From contig OY761158.1 of the NCBI GenBank assembly GCA_963664405.1, positions 2,944,001 through 3,008,000 on the forward strand: DNA of 64,000 nt, in the 5' to 3' direction. A program made the translations under genes and the position numbers. The DNA comes from Thermoanaerobaculia bacterium (GTDB lineage Bacteria; Acidobacteriota; Thermoanaerobaculia; Multivoradales; Multivoraceae). Below are positions 1 through 8,427 of the stretch, one piece after another (positions within the stretch are counted from its first letter, which is position 1; every line of letters starts with the position of its first letter). The notes under the pieces were generated by a model. It saw only the letters and a list, made by a program, of their open reading frames with translations. It had not been told where the DNA came from and made no database searches.

Positions 1-208
1 ACCACAGCCAAAGGGGCAGTGAGGCACCGAGTCCCGCGCTCGCAGTGGCTCCCAGGCCCGAGAGCAGCACGACGATGAGACCGATCCCATGGGTCATGCC
101 GCCGAGCTTGCGGCTTCGATCACCTTCGGTCGTCGACGTTTGAAGACAGAGAGCGCCGAGGCCGGCGAAGACGAGGAAGACTCCGAGGAGATGAACGACC
201 GTAAACAT
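1..208 (-). CDS. small multi-pass membrane protein (SirB-like), runs off the window start
   Basis: Hand translation from ATG 208 with AGGAG SD: MFTVVHLLGVFLVFAGLGAL...RKLGGMTHGIGLIVVLLSGLG...PLWLW; not in the ORF track. Confidence 0.6.
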   Translation of the reverse strand, partial: MFTVVHLLGVFLVFAGLGALCLQTSTTEGDRSRKLGGMTHGIGLIVVLLSGLGATASAGLGASLPLWLW

Positions 209-342
209 GCTTGCTCCTGAAGGGTAGTCGACTTTTTGAACGACCGCCGTCGTTTGCCGTATTAGAGACTAGCACCCCGAGACCGCGAGGGGCTTCAGGG
301 CGCCGTGAGAAGATCTGCGAAGAAAGGGAAGCACGGAGACCC

Positions 343-897
343 ATGGGAAACAAACGATCCTCCCGCTTCGGCGGGGTGCTGTGGGGTGGGGTTCTTGTCG
401 CCCTAGGCACTTATCTTCTACTCGCAAAGCTGGGGCTCGATACGCCCGATCTGGGAACTCTCTGGCCGATCTTTCCCTTCACTCTGGGCGTTGCCTTTCT
501 GGCTTCGTTCTTCGGCGGCGAGAGCCGTGACCCCGGCCCCGTCTGTCCAGGTACTCTTGGAGTGCTCCTGGGTCTCTTCTTCTTCGCCTTCACTCTCGGA
601 TTTCTGAGCTGGGAAGATATGGGTGTTCTTTGGCCCTGCTTTCCGCTCATTGTCGGTCTATCCTTCTTGGCGACCTGGCTCGCCTACCGCGGTAAACAGC
701 CGGGCCTCTTGGTGCCTGCCGGAATCAATCTGCTGGTCGGTCTCGGGGGGCTTGCGCTAACTCTCGGGGTGGTCGATCTGGACACGGCTCAACTCGCGTG
801 GCCGATTGCGCTCATTGCAGTCGGCGTTGCGATTGTCCTTCACGCCTTGTTTTCAGGGCGTGCTCGGAGGCGGTCCGTCGGTGGAGCTGGGGAGTAA
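343..897 (+). CDS. LiaF/LiaI-like membrane protein
   Basis: ATG 343 with GGAG SD; repeated LWP(I/C)FP / AWPIAL hairpin-TM motifs. Confidence 0.65.
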   Translation: MGNKRSSRFGGVLWGGVLVALGTYLLLAKLGLDTPDLGTLWPIFPFTLGVAFLASFFGGESRDPGPVCPGTLGVLLGLFFFAFTLGFLSWEDMGVLWPCFPLIVGLSFLATWLAYRGKQPGLLVPAGINLLVGLGGLALTLGVVDLDTAQLAWPIALIAVGVAIVLHALFSGRARRRSVGGAGE

Positions 898-906
898 AGG
901 CGCCGG

Positions 907-2025
907 CTATCTGCGGAAGCTCTCGTTGAGCTCGATCAGGTAGAGACCTTCCTGGATCTGCCCCGAGGTGGACCAGATGACGTGGGCGAGAATCTCGTCG
1001 CCACCTGGACTCTGCGCGAAGTCGTCGACGATTGCGGCGCGCATGGACTCTGGTGCCGAGTCGTCGTTGAAGCGAGTGAGGCGCTGCTTGTTGTCGCCGT
1101 CGGCGTCCATGACCCACAAGTCGCGTAGCTGCTCGAAGGGAAGATCGCTGTTTTCATCTGCATCTTTGAGAGTGATCTCGTTCGCCGAGATCCACAGAAT
1201 GCGGTCTCCCTTCACCGTGTAGTGGGCCTTTTCGTCCCAAGCCCGCTGGGTGTGGGAGAGCCGTTCGAAAGAGCCTCTCTCGAACCCGAGTCGGTAGACG
1301 TCCATGCCGTTCTCACCTTGACCGGGCTCCAGATTGCCGGCCACCAGCGCACCCTGGTCATCCGGAGTGAACCCCGATCCGGACATGAATAGATGCTGAG
1401 GTCGCGGATTGAAGGTCCGTGGCTTGCCGAGGCGAGGGACGCGGCGCAGCTTGATCTCGGCCACGCGCAGGACCCATCTTCCCCACCGTCCGATTCGGCT
1501 GCGAACCCGCTCGCTCCACAGCAGTTGGTTCCCTTCGTGAGAGAAGTGCGGGTCGAGAACAGCTCCACCTTGCTCCGCCGAGCGGGTGATCTGCCACCAG
1601 CTCTTGCCGTCTTTGGTCATCAGCCACAGGTCACTGTGGAGACCCCGATTGCCGGTGGCGAGGTCGATCGGGTCGAGCGCGAGCCGGCCCGGGAGATTCT
1701 GTACCTGGAACACCAGGTAGTCCCCCGAGGGGTGCCAGGTCGGGTTGAAGCTGTTCTTCTTACGTAGATCGAAGGGGTCGCAGGTCAGACAGCGCTCGAA
1801 GGTACCGTCGCGCTTCATGGTCCAGAGTTGGTAGTGGCCGCTGCTGCCCTCTTTGTCGAAGGCGAGCCAGTCGCCCTGCGCCGACCAGGCGACGCGGCCG
1901 GCTCCCTTCTTGAACAGGCTGATCTTCTTGACCAGGGGGTCGGCCTCGTCGGCGGGAGCCGCAAGAACTACCCCGCTGATAGCTCCGATGAGGAAGGCAG
2001 CAAGAGAGATCGCGCCTGCACGCAC
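907..2025 (-). CDS. secreted TolB/PD40-like beta-propeller protein
   Basis: Signal peptide after GTG 2025; repeats AWSAQGDWLAF, PTWHPSGDYLVF, PHFSHEGNQLLW, GFTPDD. Confidence 0.75.
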   Translation of the reverse strand: MRAGAISLAAFLIGAISGVVLAAPADEADPLVKKISLFKKGAGRVAWSAQGDWLAFDKEGSSGHYQLWTMKRDGTFERCLTCDPFDLRKKNSFNPTWHPSGDYLVFQVQNLPGRLALDPIDLATGNRGLHSDLWLMTKDGKSWWQITRSAEQGGAVLDPHFSHEGNQLLWSERVRSRIGRWGRWVLRVAEIKLRRVPRLGKPRTFNPRPQHLFMSGSGFTPDDQGALVAGNLEPGQGENGMDVYRLGFERGSFERLSHTQRAWDEKAHYTVKGDRILWISANEITLKDADENSDLPFEQLRDLWVMDADGDNKQRLTRFNDDSAPESMRAAIVDDFAQSPGGDEILAHVIWSTSGQIQEGLYLIELNESFRR

Positions 2026-2110
2026 GTTTGGGCAACCCCGCCGCCGGCGGGGGAATTCCCCTTTCGCGCGTAGATCGCTAAGCTTGCTTATCCGCCAACC
2101 TGGGACTCCG

Positions 2111-3229
2111 ATGTCGCGCACTCTACTCGCCCTTTTCTGTTCCGCCATTCTGGTGGGGGTCGCTCCGTTCATGCGGGTCCTTCAAGCGTGGGTGCGCAAA
2201 CAGAGCCACGGAGAGTTCGTGACCTGGATGGCCGTCTTCTTCGGGGTCATGATTCTTGCCGTGCTGGTGCTAGTTGTTGTTCGCATCCGAGAGCATCGCC
2301 TCCGCCGTTATGGCCTGCTCATTGTGGCGCTCGCTCTCATGTCTCTGCAACTCTTCGGCCTGAATCGCGACGATCCCCGTGTCAACGCCGTCGAGAGGAT
2401 TCACTTTCTCTTTTACGGCGGCATTGCCTACCTCTACTTTGCAGCCTTCCGGCGGCGTGGCGTGCTCAACGCAGTCCTTCTGGCATTCGGTGCCTCTTTG
2501 ATCGTGGCGGTGATGGACGAGTCGGTGCAGTGGTTTTTCGCCAATCGAACCGGCGAGGTCATGGACGTCCTTCTCAACGCTTACGCGACCGTGGTCGGGC
2601 TTCTGGTGAGTCTGGCTTTCGATGTGCGAGGCGCGCAGGGTTCCGCTCGTCCGAAGCTAGAACTGCGGCTCATGGGTCGCATGCTCGCCTGCGATCTCGT
2701 CTTGGTCGCCGCCTTCATTCACTTCGCTCATCTCGGCTACTCGCTCGAGGATGAGGGCATCGGCCGCTTTCGCTCGTATTTCACTCTCGAGCAGTTGGAA
2801 GAGATCGGCGAAGCTCGACTGCGCAGTTGGGCGGAAGAGAAGCCCTGGCCGGAGCGCTCGCTCGATAGGGAAGACCAGTATCGCCGCGAAGCCGAGCGAC
2901 GGGTTCAGCACCGCAATGCCTCCTTCGAGCGTGGCGATTTCTACCAGGCGTGGAAAGAGAATCTGATTCTCGAGAAGTACTACCAGCCGGTCCTGAAGCT
3001 GGAAGAGATGGGTGCTCGGAAGGGTATGTACCGTTTCTCGCCGACCAATTTGGAGCAGCTCGAGGCGAGCAGACCGCGTGGCGATCTCTACCCTTACGAC
3101 AGCCCCGCCGGAAGGGGAGTGGTGTGGGTGCGGCCGGGGAAGGGGGTGTTGTGGGTGGTGACAGTGTTGTTGGTGGTTGTGGTGTTGGCGCTGACGCGGG
3201 GGAGGGCAGAAGTAAGGAGTGAGGAGTAA
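2111..3229 (+). CDS. VanZ-domain membrane protein
   Basis: ERIHFLFYG...DESVQWFFANRTGEVMDVLLN VanZ-type motif; several TM segments; stop codon lies inside the repeat arm. Confidence 0.7.
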   Translation: MSRTLLALFCSAILVGVAPFMRVLQAWVRKQSHGEFVTWMAVFFGVMILAVLVLVVVRIREHRLRRYGLLIVALALMSLQLFGLNRDDPRVNAVERIHFLFYGGIAYLYFAAFRRRGVLNAVLLAFGASLIVAVMDESVQWFFANRTGEVMDVLLNAYATVVGLLVSLAFDVRGAQGSARPKLELRLMGRMLACDLVLVAAFIHFAHLGYSLEDEGIGRFRSYFTLEQLEEIGEARLRSWAEEKPWPERSLDREDQYRREAERRVQHRNASFERGDFYQAWKENLILEKYYQPVLKLEEMGARKGMYRFSPTNLEQLEASRPRGDLYPYDSPAGRGVVWVRPGKGVLWVVTVLLVVVVLALTRGRAEVRSEE

Positions 3230-3247
3230 GGAGTGAGGAGTAAGGAG
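3211..3247 (+). repeat. heptamer tandem array (AGTRAGG)x5, left arm of cassette 1
   Basis: AGTAAGG AGTGAGG AGTAAGG AGTGAGG AGTAAGG AG read directly. Confidence 0.95.
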
Positions 3248-3290
3248 CTTGGGATGCGAGGTGGATGGCGGCACTTTCGTCTTCTAGGTT

Positions 3291-3680
3291 GTGGACAGCG
3301 GTCTTCCCTTCGCTCGGAGCTTCGAGGATCTGGTGGTGTACCAGAGCGCGCTTCGCGTGAGCGAGAGAATCTTTGAGGTCACGAAAAGGTTTCCCCGTGA
3401 AGAGCGCTACTCGCTCACGGATCAGATCCGACGTGCTTCAAGGAGTATTGGTGCCCAGATCGCTGAGGCGTGGGGCAAGAGGCGCTACGAGCGTCACTTC
3501 GTCTCCAAGATCTCCGACGCTGACGCCGAGAGTCTAGAGACTCAGCACTGGCTGCGCGTGGCCAGACTGTGTGGTTATCTCGAGGAAGGCGAAGCGAACG
3601 CTTTGCACGACAGCCTAGACGAGATCGGGAAAATGCTTCGCTCCATTACCCTCCAAGCGTCCAGTTTCTGCCGAAAGTAG
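3291..3680 (+). CDS. four-helix-bundle protein (23S rRNA IVS protein / Avd-like family)
   Basis: SFEDLVVYQ...FPREERYSLTDQIRRASRSIGAQIAEAWGKRRY...SLETQHWL...CGYL family signature; 129 aa. Confidence 0.9.
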   Translation: MDSGLPFARSFEDLVVYQSALRVSERIFEVTKRFPREERYSLTDQIRRASRSIGAQIAEAWGKRRYERHFVSKISDADAESLETQHWLRVARLCGYLEEGEANALHDSLDEIGKMLRSITLQASSFCRK

Positions 3681-3701
3681 CGAGGCGTGGGGAACCAACC
3701 T

Positions 3702-3764
3702 ACCCACTCCTTACTCCTTACTCCTCACTCCTCACTCCTTACTCCTCACTCCTCACTTCCCACT
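3702..3764 (-). repeat. heptamer tandem array (CCTYACT)x7 plus 2 degenerate units, right arm of cassette 1
   Basis: Reverse complement of the 3211-3247 units; contains the ggt stop codon. Confidence 0.95.
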
Positions 3765-5509
3765 CCCACCGCTCCCCCGCCACGACGCGGGTCCGCAACA
3801 CCGATCCAGCCACCGCCTACACGCATGATCGCAGCGATGTCCCCGCTGTACCCGTCACGCTGTTCGAGCGTATGGCCGAAGGCTTCGAGCTCTCCCACGG
3901 TCTCCTCGCTCAGCCCGCCCTGCTCGTAGAAGACGAGGTCGGGAAGGGCCTGGTGGTGGACTCGGGGCGCAGCTACCGCCTCACCGAGGCTCATGCCATG
4001 GTCGAGCACGTTGGAGAGGACGTGGAAGACCGAGGTGATGATGGTCGACCCTCCCGAAGTTCCGACGACCATCAACAGCTCGCCTTGAGGGCTCTCTACG
4101 ATCGTCGGCGTCATCGATGAGAGCATTCTCTTCCCCGGTGCAATCGCGTTCGCTTCTCCCTGCACCAATTGGAACTGGTTCGGCGATCCCGGCTTGGCAG
4201 CGAAGTCGTCCATCTCGTTGTTGAGCAGGAAGCCCGCCCCGGTCACCGTGACACCGTTGCCGTAAGACGAGTTGAGGGTCACTGTCACTGCCGCCGCACG
4301 TCCTTCAGCATCGACCACCGAATAGTGTGTCGTCGACTCGCTCTCGCGCTCGTAGGCAACGACTGGAGTCTCGCCGGCACGCCCAGGTTGGATCCGAGAA
4401 CGGAGCTCTGTGGCGTACTCATCGGAAAGCATTCTCTCCAACGGTAGATCGACAAAATCGGAATCGCCTAGATGAAGATTGCGTTCGAGGAAGGCCCAGC
4501 GCATCGCCTCGGCCTCGACGTGCACCAGCTCGCCCGAGCCGAATGGGGGGAGGTTTTCGTAACCTTGCAAGATGTTCAAGATCAGAGCCAGCGTGACTCC
4601 TCCCGATGATGAGGGGGGCATGGACCACAGCAGGTGGTCTCGGTAGCGCACCCTCACCGGCTCTCGCCAAACCGCCTCATAGGCAGTCAGGTCCTGGTGG
4701 TTGATGAGCCCACCGCCTCTCGTCATCTCGGCCACCAAGAGATCCGCGGTTTGGCCGTTGTAGAACTCCTGCGCGCCCTCGTTGGCGATTCGAGTGAGAG
4801 TCTTCTCGAGGTCGGGCTGGGCCCATCGGTAGCCTGGCTGCGGCGCCTCGCCGTCGGGAAGGAATTGGCGTGCCGAAGGCTCGAAACGTTCCAGTCGAGA
4901 CTTCCCGTCGGCGAGGTGGCTGGAGCGCAGTTCGTCTATCTCGTGGCCACGGGCGAGTGAGATCGCCGGCTCGACCAGGTCGGCCCAGGGCAGGGTTGCG
5001 TAGTGCTGGTGCATCTCCGAAAAGCCGGCGACCGATCCCGGCACTCCGCTGGCCCGATGCCCGATTCGACTGTCCTGGGTGAGCTCGCCGTCGGCGTCGA
5101 GATACATGTCTCGGCTGGCGCCTGCCGGTGCGGTCTCTCGGAAGTCGAGAGCGTGAACCGCGCCGTCGTCCTCTCGATAGACGAGGAAGCCGCCGCCGCC
5201 CAGATTGCCTGATTCGGGCAGCACCACGGCGAGTGCGAAGCCGACAGCTACCGCTGCGTCGATGGCGTTGCCCCCCTGCTCGAGGATCTTGGCCCCTACC
5301 GCGCTCGCCAGCGGATGCCCACTGACCACCATCCCTTCGGTCGCCTCCACTGGCCGGGTGCGCTCGAGCAGAGACCAGCCGCTCGGAAACAACGGGTCAT
5401 CCACCCGTTCGTGCTGTGGCTTCTCGTGCTCGCGACAGGCCGGCACTGCTGCCGCCACGACCAGTAGGACGACGAGCCAGCGGAGGTGCGTGCTAGTGTT
5501 TGGTGACAC
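3746..5509 (-). CDS. ggt: gamma-glutamyltransferase, probable lipoprotein
   Basis: GGNAIDAAVA, DFRETAP, catalytic TTHYSVVD, LNNEMDDF, PGKRMLSSMTP, GTSGG; GTG 5509 with GGGAGG SD; lipobox-like VPAC. Confidence 0.93.
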   Translation of the reverse strand: MSPNTSTHLRWLVVLLVVAAAVPACREHEKPQHERVDDPLFPSGWSLLERTRPVEATEGMVVSGHPLASAVGAKILEQGGNAIDAAVAVGFALAVVLPESGNLGGGGFLVYREDDGAVHALDFRETAPAGASRDMYLDADGELTQDSRIGHRASGVPGSVAGFSEMHQHYATLPWADLVEPAISLARGHEIDELRSSHLADGKSRLERFEPSARQFLPDGEAPQPGYRWAQPDLEKTLTRIANEGAQEFYNGQTADLLVAEMTRGGGLINHQDLTAYEAVWREPVRVRYRDHLLWSMPPSSSGGVTLALILNILQGYENLPPFGSGELVHVEAEAMRWAFLERNLHLGDSDFVDLPLERMLSDEYATELRSRIQPGRAGETPVVAYERESESTTHYSVVDAEGRAAAVTVTLNSSYGNGVTVTGAGFLLNNEMDDFAAKPGSPNQFQLVQGEANAIAPGKRMLSSMTPTIVESPQGELLMVVGTSGGSTIITSVFHVLSNVLDHGMSLGEAVAAPRVHHQALPDLVFYEQGGLSEETVGELEAFGHTLEQRDGYSGDIAAIMRVGGGWIGVADPRRGGGAVGVGSEE

Positions 5510-5566
5510 AGATACCTCCCGCAGAGCGTTGACTACACGATCGCAACGAGACCAGAGCTCGCGACC

Positions 5567-6670
5567 ATGCGACTGCCTTCTCTGACCATCGGAATCGAAG
5601 AAGAGTACCAGATCATCGACCCCGCTACGGGGGAGCTCAAGTCCTACGTTCAGGAGCTTTTGGAGCAGGGTCGATGGGTGCTGAAGGACCAGATTCAGGC
5701 CGAGCTGATGCAGTCGCAGATCGAGGTGGGAAGCCGGATCTGCCACAACGTCAAAGAGGCCAGAGCCGAGATGGTCCGTCTGCGAAGCTCGGTGTGGGAA
5801 CTGGCCGAAGAGAACGGGTTGAAGATGGCGGCGGCGAGCACCCATCCCTTCTCTCAGTGGTCGGATCAACGTGTCTCGGCCGGCGAGCGCTACAGCAAGC
5901 TCCAGGAAGACTTCGGCGACGTGGCCCGCCGTCTGTTGATCTTCGGCATGCACATCCACATCGGCATCGAAGACCGGGAGCTTCTGATCGACGTCATGAA
6001 CCAGGCGCAGTACTTCCTGCCTCACGTGCTGGCGCTCTCCACCAGCTCGCCGTTCTGGCACGGCCGCCACACCGGGCTCAAGTCCTACCGCTCTGTCGTC
6101 TTCGAGAACCTGCCACGCTCCGGGCTAGCTCCCACGTTCAAGTCCTGGGCGGAGTACGAAAGCTTCATCGACACTTTGATCAAGACCAATTGCATCGATG
6201 AGGCCACCAAGATCTGGTGGGATGTGCGGCCGCACCCCAAATTCAGCACTCTCGAGTTCCGAATCTGCGACATCTGCACGCGCATAGACGACGCGATCTG
6301 CATTACCGCGCTCCTGCAGGCGATTGTCGCCAAGCTCATCCAGCTGCGCTGGAACAACACTTCGTGGCGTCTCTACCCGCGCCACCTCATCACCGAAAAC
6401 AAGTGGCGGGCGGTGCGCTACGGCATCGACGGTAAGTTGGTCGACTTCGGCAAGCAGCAGGAAGTGCCGGTGCGAGAGCTACTGCCCGAGCTCATCGAGA
6501 TCCTCGACGACGTGCTCGACGAGCTCGACGTGCGCGAAGAAGTCAACTACGTGCATCGCATCCTCGAAGAGGGAACCAGTGCCGATCGTCAGCTCAGGGT
6601 CTTCGAGGAGACCGGGGATCTCGGTGCCGTCATCGACCACCTCGCGGAGGAGAGTCGGGAGGGGTTTTGA
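5567..6670 (+). CDS. ybdK: carboxylate-amine ligase, YbdK/GCS2 (glutamate-cysteine ligase 2) family
   Basis: IGIEEEYQIIDP, IFGMHIHIG, SPFWHGRHTGLKSYR, WWDVRPHP..TLEFRICD. Confidence 0.9.
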   Translation: MRLPSLTIGIEEEYQIIDPATGELKSYVQELLEQGRWVLKDQIQAELMQSQIEVGSRICHNVKEARAEMVRLRSSVWELAEENGLKMAAASTHPFSQWSDQRVSAGERYSKLQEDFGDVARRLLIFGMHIHIGIEDRELLIDVMNQAQYFLPHVLALSTSSPFWHGRHTGLKSYRSVVFENLPRSGLAPTFKSWAEYESFIDTLIKTNCIDEATKIWWDVRPHPKFSTLEFRICDICTRIDDAICITALLQAIVAKLIQLRWNNTSWRLYPRHLITENKWRAVRYGIDGKLVDFGKQQEVPVRELLPELIEILDDVLDELDVREEVNYVHRILEEGTSADRQLRVFEETGDLGAVIDHLAEESREGF

Positions 6671-6840
6671 GGAAGTGAGGAGTGAAGAAGTGAAGAAGTG
6701 AAAGAGTGAGAGAAGGGTAGTGGCTCACTCAAACTGAGCCACTACCGAGAGAAGGGAGTGGTGTACTTGACTCATCTCCTCGACAACTGCCCGCTTTGTC
6801 TCCTTCCTTTCATTCCTTCACTTTTTCACTCTCTCACTTC
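6671..6840. repeat. inverted pair of 7-8 nt tandem arrays (purine arm 6671-6715, pyrimidine arm 6801-6840) with a 12-bp hairpin at 6716-6746
   Basis: AGTGAGG AGTGAAGA AGTGAAGA AGTGAAAG AGTGAGAG versus CCTTCACT TTTTCACT CTCTCACT; GGTAGTGGCTCA-7nt-TGAGCCACTACC. Confidence 0.85.
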
Positions 6841-6891
6841 CCCAGAACCTGGTGCGAGGTTGAGGGCGGCTGGTTCGTCTCTTATGGGTAG

Positions 6892-7301
6892 ATGACGGAA
6901 CGAGGCTCTTCCTTATGCACGGCGTTTCGAGGATCTGGTGGTGGTACCAGAGTGCTCTTTGCGTCAGCCAAGAGATCTTCGAGACAACGAAGAGGTTCCC
7001 GTTGGAAGAGCGCTACTCGCTGACGGATCAGATCCGACGGGCGTCAAGAAGCGTAGGTGCCCGGATTGCCGAGGCATGGGGCAAAAGGCGCTAACAGCCG
7101 CCACTTCATCTCCAAGATCTCCGACGCCATCGCGAGAGTCTCGAGGCTCAGCACTGGCTCCGTGTAGCCAGAAACTGCGGCTATCTCGAAGAACGCGAGG
7201 CGGACGCCCTCCTCTACACGCTTGACGAGATCGGGCAGATGCTCCGCTCGATGATTCGCCAAGCGCCCAGCTTCTGCCAACCGAGTGAGAGTGGGAAGTG
7301 A
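6892..7301 (+). pseudogene. frameshifted four-helix-bundle gene, paralog of 3291-3680
   Basis: Reassembled frames: ALPYARRFEDLVV/YQSALCVSQEIFETTKRFPLEERYSLTDQIRRASRSVGARIAEAWGKRR/YSRHFISKISDA/RESLEAQHWLRVARNCGYLEE...FCQPSESGK*; at least 3 indels. Confidence 0.9.
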
Positions 7302-7449
7302 GAGAGTAAAAGAGTAAAAGAGGGAAAGAGAAAAGAGCGAAAGGGTAAGAGACTTCCTCGCACTTCGTTGCTCTTTCACTCTCTTACTTCTGACCTTCCC
7401 TCCCTTACTCTTTTACTCTTTCACTTCTTCACTCTTTCACTTCTTCAAC
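7284..7449. repeat. second inverted pair of octamer arrays (purine arm ~7284-7350, pyrimidine arm ~7371-7449)
   Basis: AGTGAGAG AGTAAAAG AGTAAAAG... versus CTTTTACT CTTTCACT TCTTCACT CTTTCACT. Confidence 0.85.
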
Positions 7450-8427
7450 TCACCCAATACCCAGCCTCGCCCCGTAAGACTCCTCCCCCGACGACCACCG
7501 CGCCTCAACCGCATCGAGTACGTCCTTCTCGATCGCCGGACCGCCGAGATTGACGATCTCGCGGATGCCGGTCGGGCTGGTGACGTTCACTTCGGTCAGG
7601 AAGTCGCCGATGATGTCGACGCCGGCAAAGACGATGCCCATGGCGCGCAGGAGGGGCCCTACGCTGTTGCAGATCTCGAGGTCGCGCTCGCTCAGCTCGG
7701 TCTTGACGGCGACGCCGCCGGCGTGAAAATTGGCCCGGGCCTCGGTGGCCGATGGGACGCGGAGGACGGCTCCCTTGGCGACACCTTCGACCAGGATCAC
7801 TCGCTTGTCGCCCTCGCGCACTTCAGGGATGTAGCGCTGGGCCATGATCAGTTCTGTCTCTTTCTGGGTCGCCATCTCCAAGATCGCCTTGACGTTGCGG
7901 TCGTGCGGAGTGAGATGGAAGACGCCCTCACCCCCGGCGCCGCCGAGTGGCTTGATGATCATCTCGCCCTCGAGCTCCTCGCGGAAGGCGAGGAGCTCGG
8001 CGATGCGACTGGTGACCATGGTCCGCGGGCACAGATCGGGAAAGCGCAGAGCGACCAGCTTCTCGTTGGCGTCGCGCAGGGCCAGAGGGTCATTGACCAC
8101 CAGTGCCGGCGGCTGTACCAGAGAAAGCAGATGGGTGGCGTAGAAGAAGCGTAGATCGAAGGGCGGGTCTTTACGCATCCAGACCACGTCGAACTCGTCG
8201 AGGAAGCGGGACTGCTCTTCGCCTAGCAAGTACCAGTTCGGGCCGTGGGAGACCTCGATCGTCGAAACATGGGCGAAGGGGCGGCCCCCGTCGCGCGTAC
8301 CGAGGCCGTCTACCTGACAGATGGAGCTCTGGTGGCCGCGTGCGGAGGCCTCGCGCATGAAGGAGATGGTGGTGTCTGCGTCGGGCAGGAGACGCTCCGG
8401 GGGATCGATGATGAAAAGGTGATTCAT
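7450..8427 (-). CDS. gshB: glutathione synthetase
   Basis: MRKDPPFD, NEKL, KPLGGAGGEGVF, GDKRV, RANFHAGG, TEVNVTSPTG. Confidence 0.93.
   Translation of the reverse strand: MNHLFIIDPPERLLPDADTTISFMREASARGHQSSICQVDGLGTRDGGRPFAHVSTIEVSHGPNWYLLGEEQSRFLDEFDVVWMRKDPPFDLRFFYATHLLSLVQPPALVVNDPLALRDANEKLVALRFPDLCPRTMVTSRIAELLAFREELEGEMIIKPLGGAGGEGVFHLTPHDRNVKAILEMATQKETELIMAQRYIPEVREGDKRVILVEGVAKGAVLRVPSATEARANFHAGGVAVKTELSERDLEICNSVGPLLRAMGIVFAGVDIIGDFLTEVNVTSPTGIREIVNLGGPAIEKDVLDAVEARWSSGEESYGARLGIG

Noticed and set aside
3291-3680. True 23S rRNA intervening sequence
   Set aside because: No rRNA sequence flanks the gene; both neighbours are protein-coding
5510-6070. Long N-terminal extension of ggt (774-aa ORF)
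   Set aside because: Overlaps ybdK antisense; the SD and signal peptide point to GTG 5509
3211-7449. CRISPR array or diversity-generating retroelement
   Set aside because: Repeats are 7-8 nt tandem units without spacers; no cas gene, reverse transcriptase or adenine-variant TR/VR pair was seen in the window
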